A DNA stretch of 19,669 bases from Octopus sinensis (Eukaryota), in the NCBI RefSeq assembly GCF_006345805.1, contig NW_021824112.1, positions 1 to 19,669 of the forward strand. Direction: 5' to 3'. The position numbers and the translations under genes were made by a program. Of this stretch, positions 18,426 through 19,669 are shown in pieces. The stretch's first letter is position 1, and the number at the start of each line of letters is the position of its first letter. The notes beneath the pieces are model-generated. The model saw only the letters and a program-made list of their open reading frames with translations, had not been told where the DNA came from and did no database searches.

Positions 18426-18875
18426 TTTATATAAGTTCGTCTGTTTATACATAAACACTGTTTCATACTTTCAGTTTAGTCTTCCTCAAATCACTCTGTC
18501 GCTATTTACTCTCTTCAAGAACATTTTCACTCACTCTTATCTGTTAGCTTGCCATACATTTTACTCATGTATCTATCAGCGTGATAGACAAAACAAATAT
18601 TACATCTAGTTTCACTTTATTCGTTGCACACTGTGTGTGTGCGTTGCGTGTGCTGTAAACCAGACTAAGAAAAGCATTTGACATACACACCAGAATGTGA
18701 GTTTTCTGTAAATTTTGCTTAATTGGAGTTTAATTTTAAAAACCGGACCTGCCTGCATGACCCATGCATTCTACTCTTAAAAATGCTAGGTAATTGTAAT
18801 TGAAGAAATCCTATATTGTAGATTTCTATAACTGACAAAGGGAGGCAGATAAAATCTGCCTTTTATAATAAGAGA
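18426..18875 (-). mobile_element. 5' portion of a fourth, different Helitron-like element
   Basis: Minus strand begins TCTCTTATTATAAAAGGCAGATTTTATCTG, resembling the 5' end of copy 1 (TCTCTCTCTATATAAACGGCAGTTTGTCTG); hairpin GGCAGAT-AAA-ATCTGCC at 18844-18860. No 3' CTAG end located. Confidence 0.55.
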
Positions 18876-19270
18876 CTAGCAGTTTTCGCCCGGCGTTGTC
18901 GGGTTTGTAAGGGAAATAACTATATAGCATTTTTAGAGAGTTATAGCCAAAAAATAGCAAAAAAATGCATTAAAATGGAAAAATTATGGTAAATTTTTTT
19001 TTAATCGTTGACTCATCGTAGAACATTTTAGAGAGTTACTTCCCTTAAATAATAGTGAAAAATGCATTAAAATGGAAAAAAATGATGGTAAATTTTTTTT
19101 AAAATCGTAGACTCATCGTAGACGCGCGCTAATACCCAGAAGGGCTCGATATGAACCACGACTATAAGATACCCGGTTTTGGTTAAACTGCACCGCAAAA
19201 TGTGGGAGTAGTTAGGAATCTAAATCGTAGGAGACAGACACTCACACAACTTCACTTTTATATATAAAGA
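18876..19270 (-). mobile_element. Non-autonomous Helitron, copy 3 (same subfamily as copy 2)
   Basis: Aligns end to end with 17699-18101; TC start preceded by A, CTAG end followed by T. Confidence 0.9.
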
Positions 19271-19626
19271 TGTATAATTGAAAATGCATCCATAAATAAA
19301 GTACAGAACAGGGAATGGTTATTATCGGTTTAGTCTAGAGACAAGTAAATTCGACTTAAGTCGTGTCTCCTGGAACCAATTAACGACGTAGTGTGAGGTA
19401 TGCCTGTACATATATATACATATATAAGCATTTGGCATCTCTCGCATGAACGCAAGGCATGCAGTGCTTGCCTAAGAATGCATATAACAGGACAGATTTA
19501 ATCTTTGGCTTTTATAAGAAACAGCTGGAAGGAAAGGTACGTACAAGCCCTGTGTACTATTCTTGAAGGGTTCGGGTTCTTAACATTGTATATACTAGCT
19601 TTAGTACCAGAAGTCGCCACTAATAT

Positions 19627-19635
19627 CCCTCTCTC

Positions 19636-19669
<34 letters not shown>
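19627..19669. repeat. (CT)n microsatellite running off the window end
   Basis: Direct reading. Confidence 0.95.

Noticed and set aside
11541-19270. Strand bias (all four Helitrons on the minus strand) implying an enclosing gene
   Set aside because: Too few elements, and other TE classes occur on both strands.

Overview
Eukaryotic non-coding DNA made almost entirely of nested transposable-element fragments and microsatellites. No host protein-coding gene, rRNA, tRNA gene or CRISPR array can be supported. The tRNA-derived SINEs look like the octopod OK family, which together with the extreme (AT)n/(AC)n/(AAT)n density suggests an Octopus-like cephalopod genome (recognition from memory, not a database search). 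Elements seen: three OK-like SINEs plus other SINE fragments; a decayed Tx1/L1-clade ORF2 split by an RTE-clade 3' fragment (7-bp TSD); a CR1-clade ORF2 3' end; two decayed mariner transposases, one with an internal inversion; two copies of a GGATC-ended MITE with perfect 8-bp TSDs; a ~350-bp TTAA-flanked fold-back; three complete non-autonomous Helitrons plus the 5' part of a fourth; a piggyBac-like left end next to a 23-copy 31-bp minisatellite; and Penelope-like terminal remnants. Most interesting: a hammerhead-ribozyme fold with an intact catalytic core (14383-14441), a variant hammerhead (7486-7522), an unidentified 405-bp insert with a 14-bp TSD and a promoter-like/B-box motif cluster (1611-2015), the 31-bp array with an emerging 62-bp higher-order repeat, and a CTAG|TC tandem Helitron junction. 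Almost all ORFs in the supplied track are microsatellite artefacts; only TE-derived ones (Tx1, RTE, CR1, mariner, piggyBac N-terminus) resemble real proteins.
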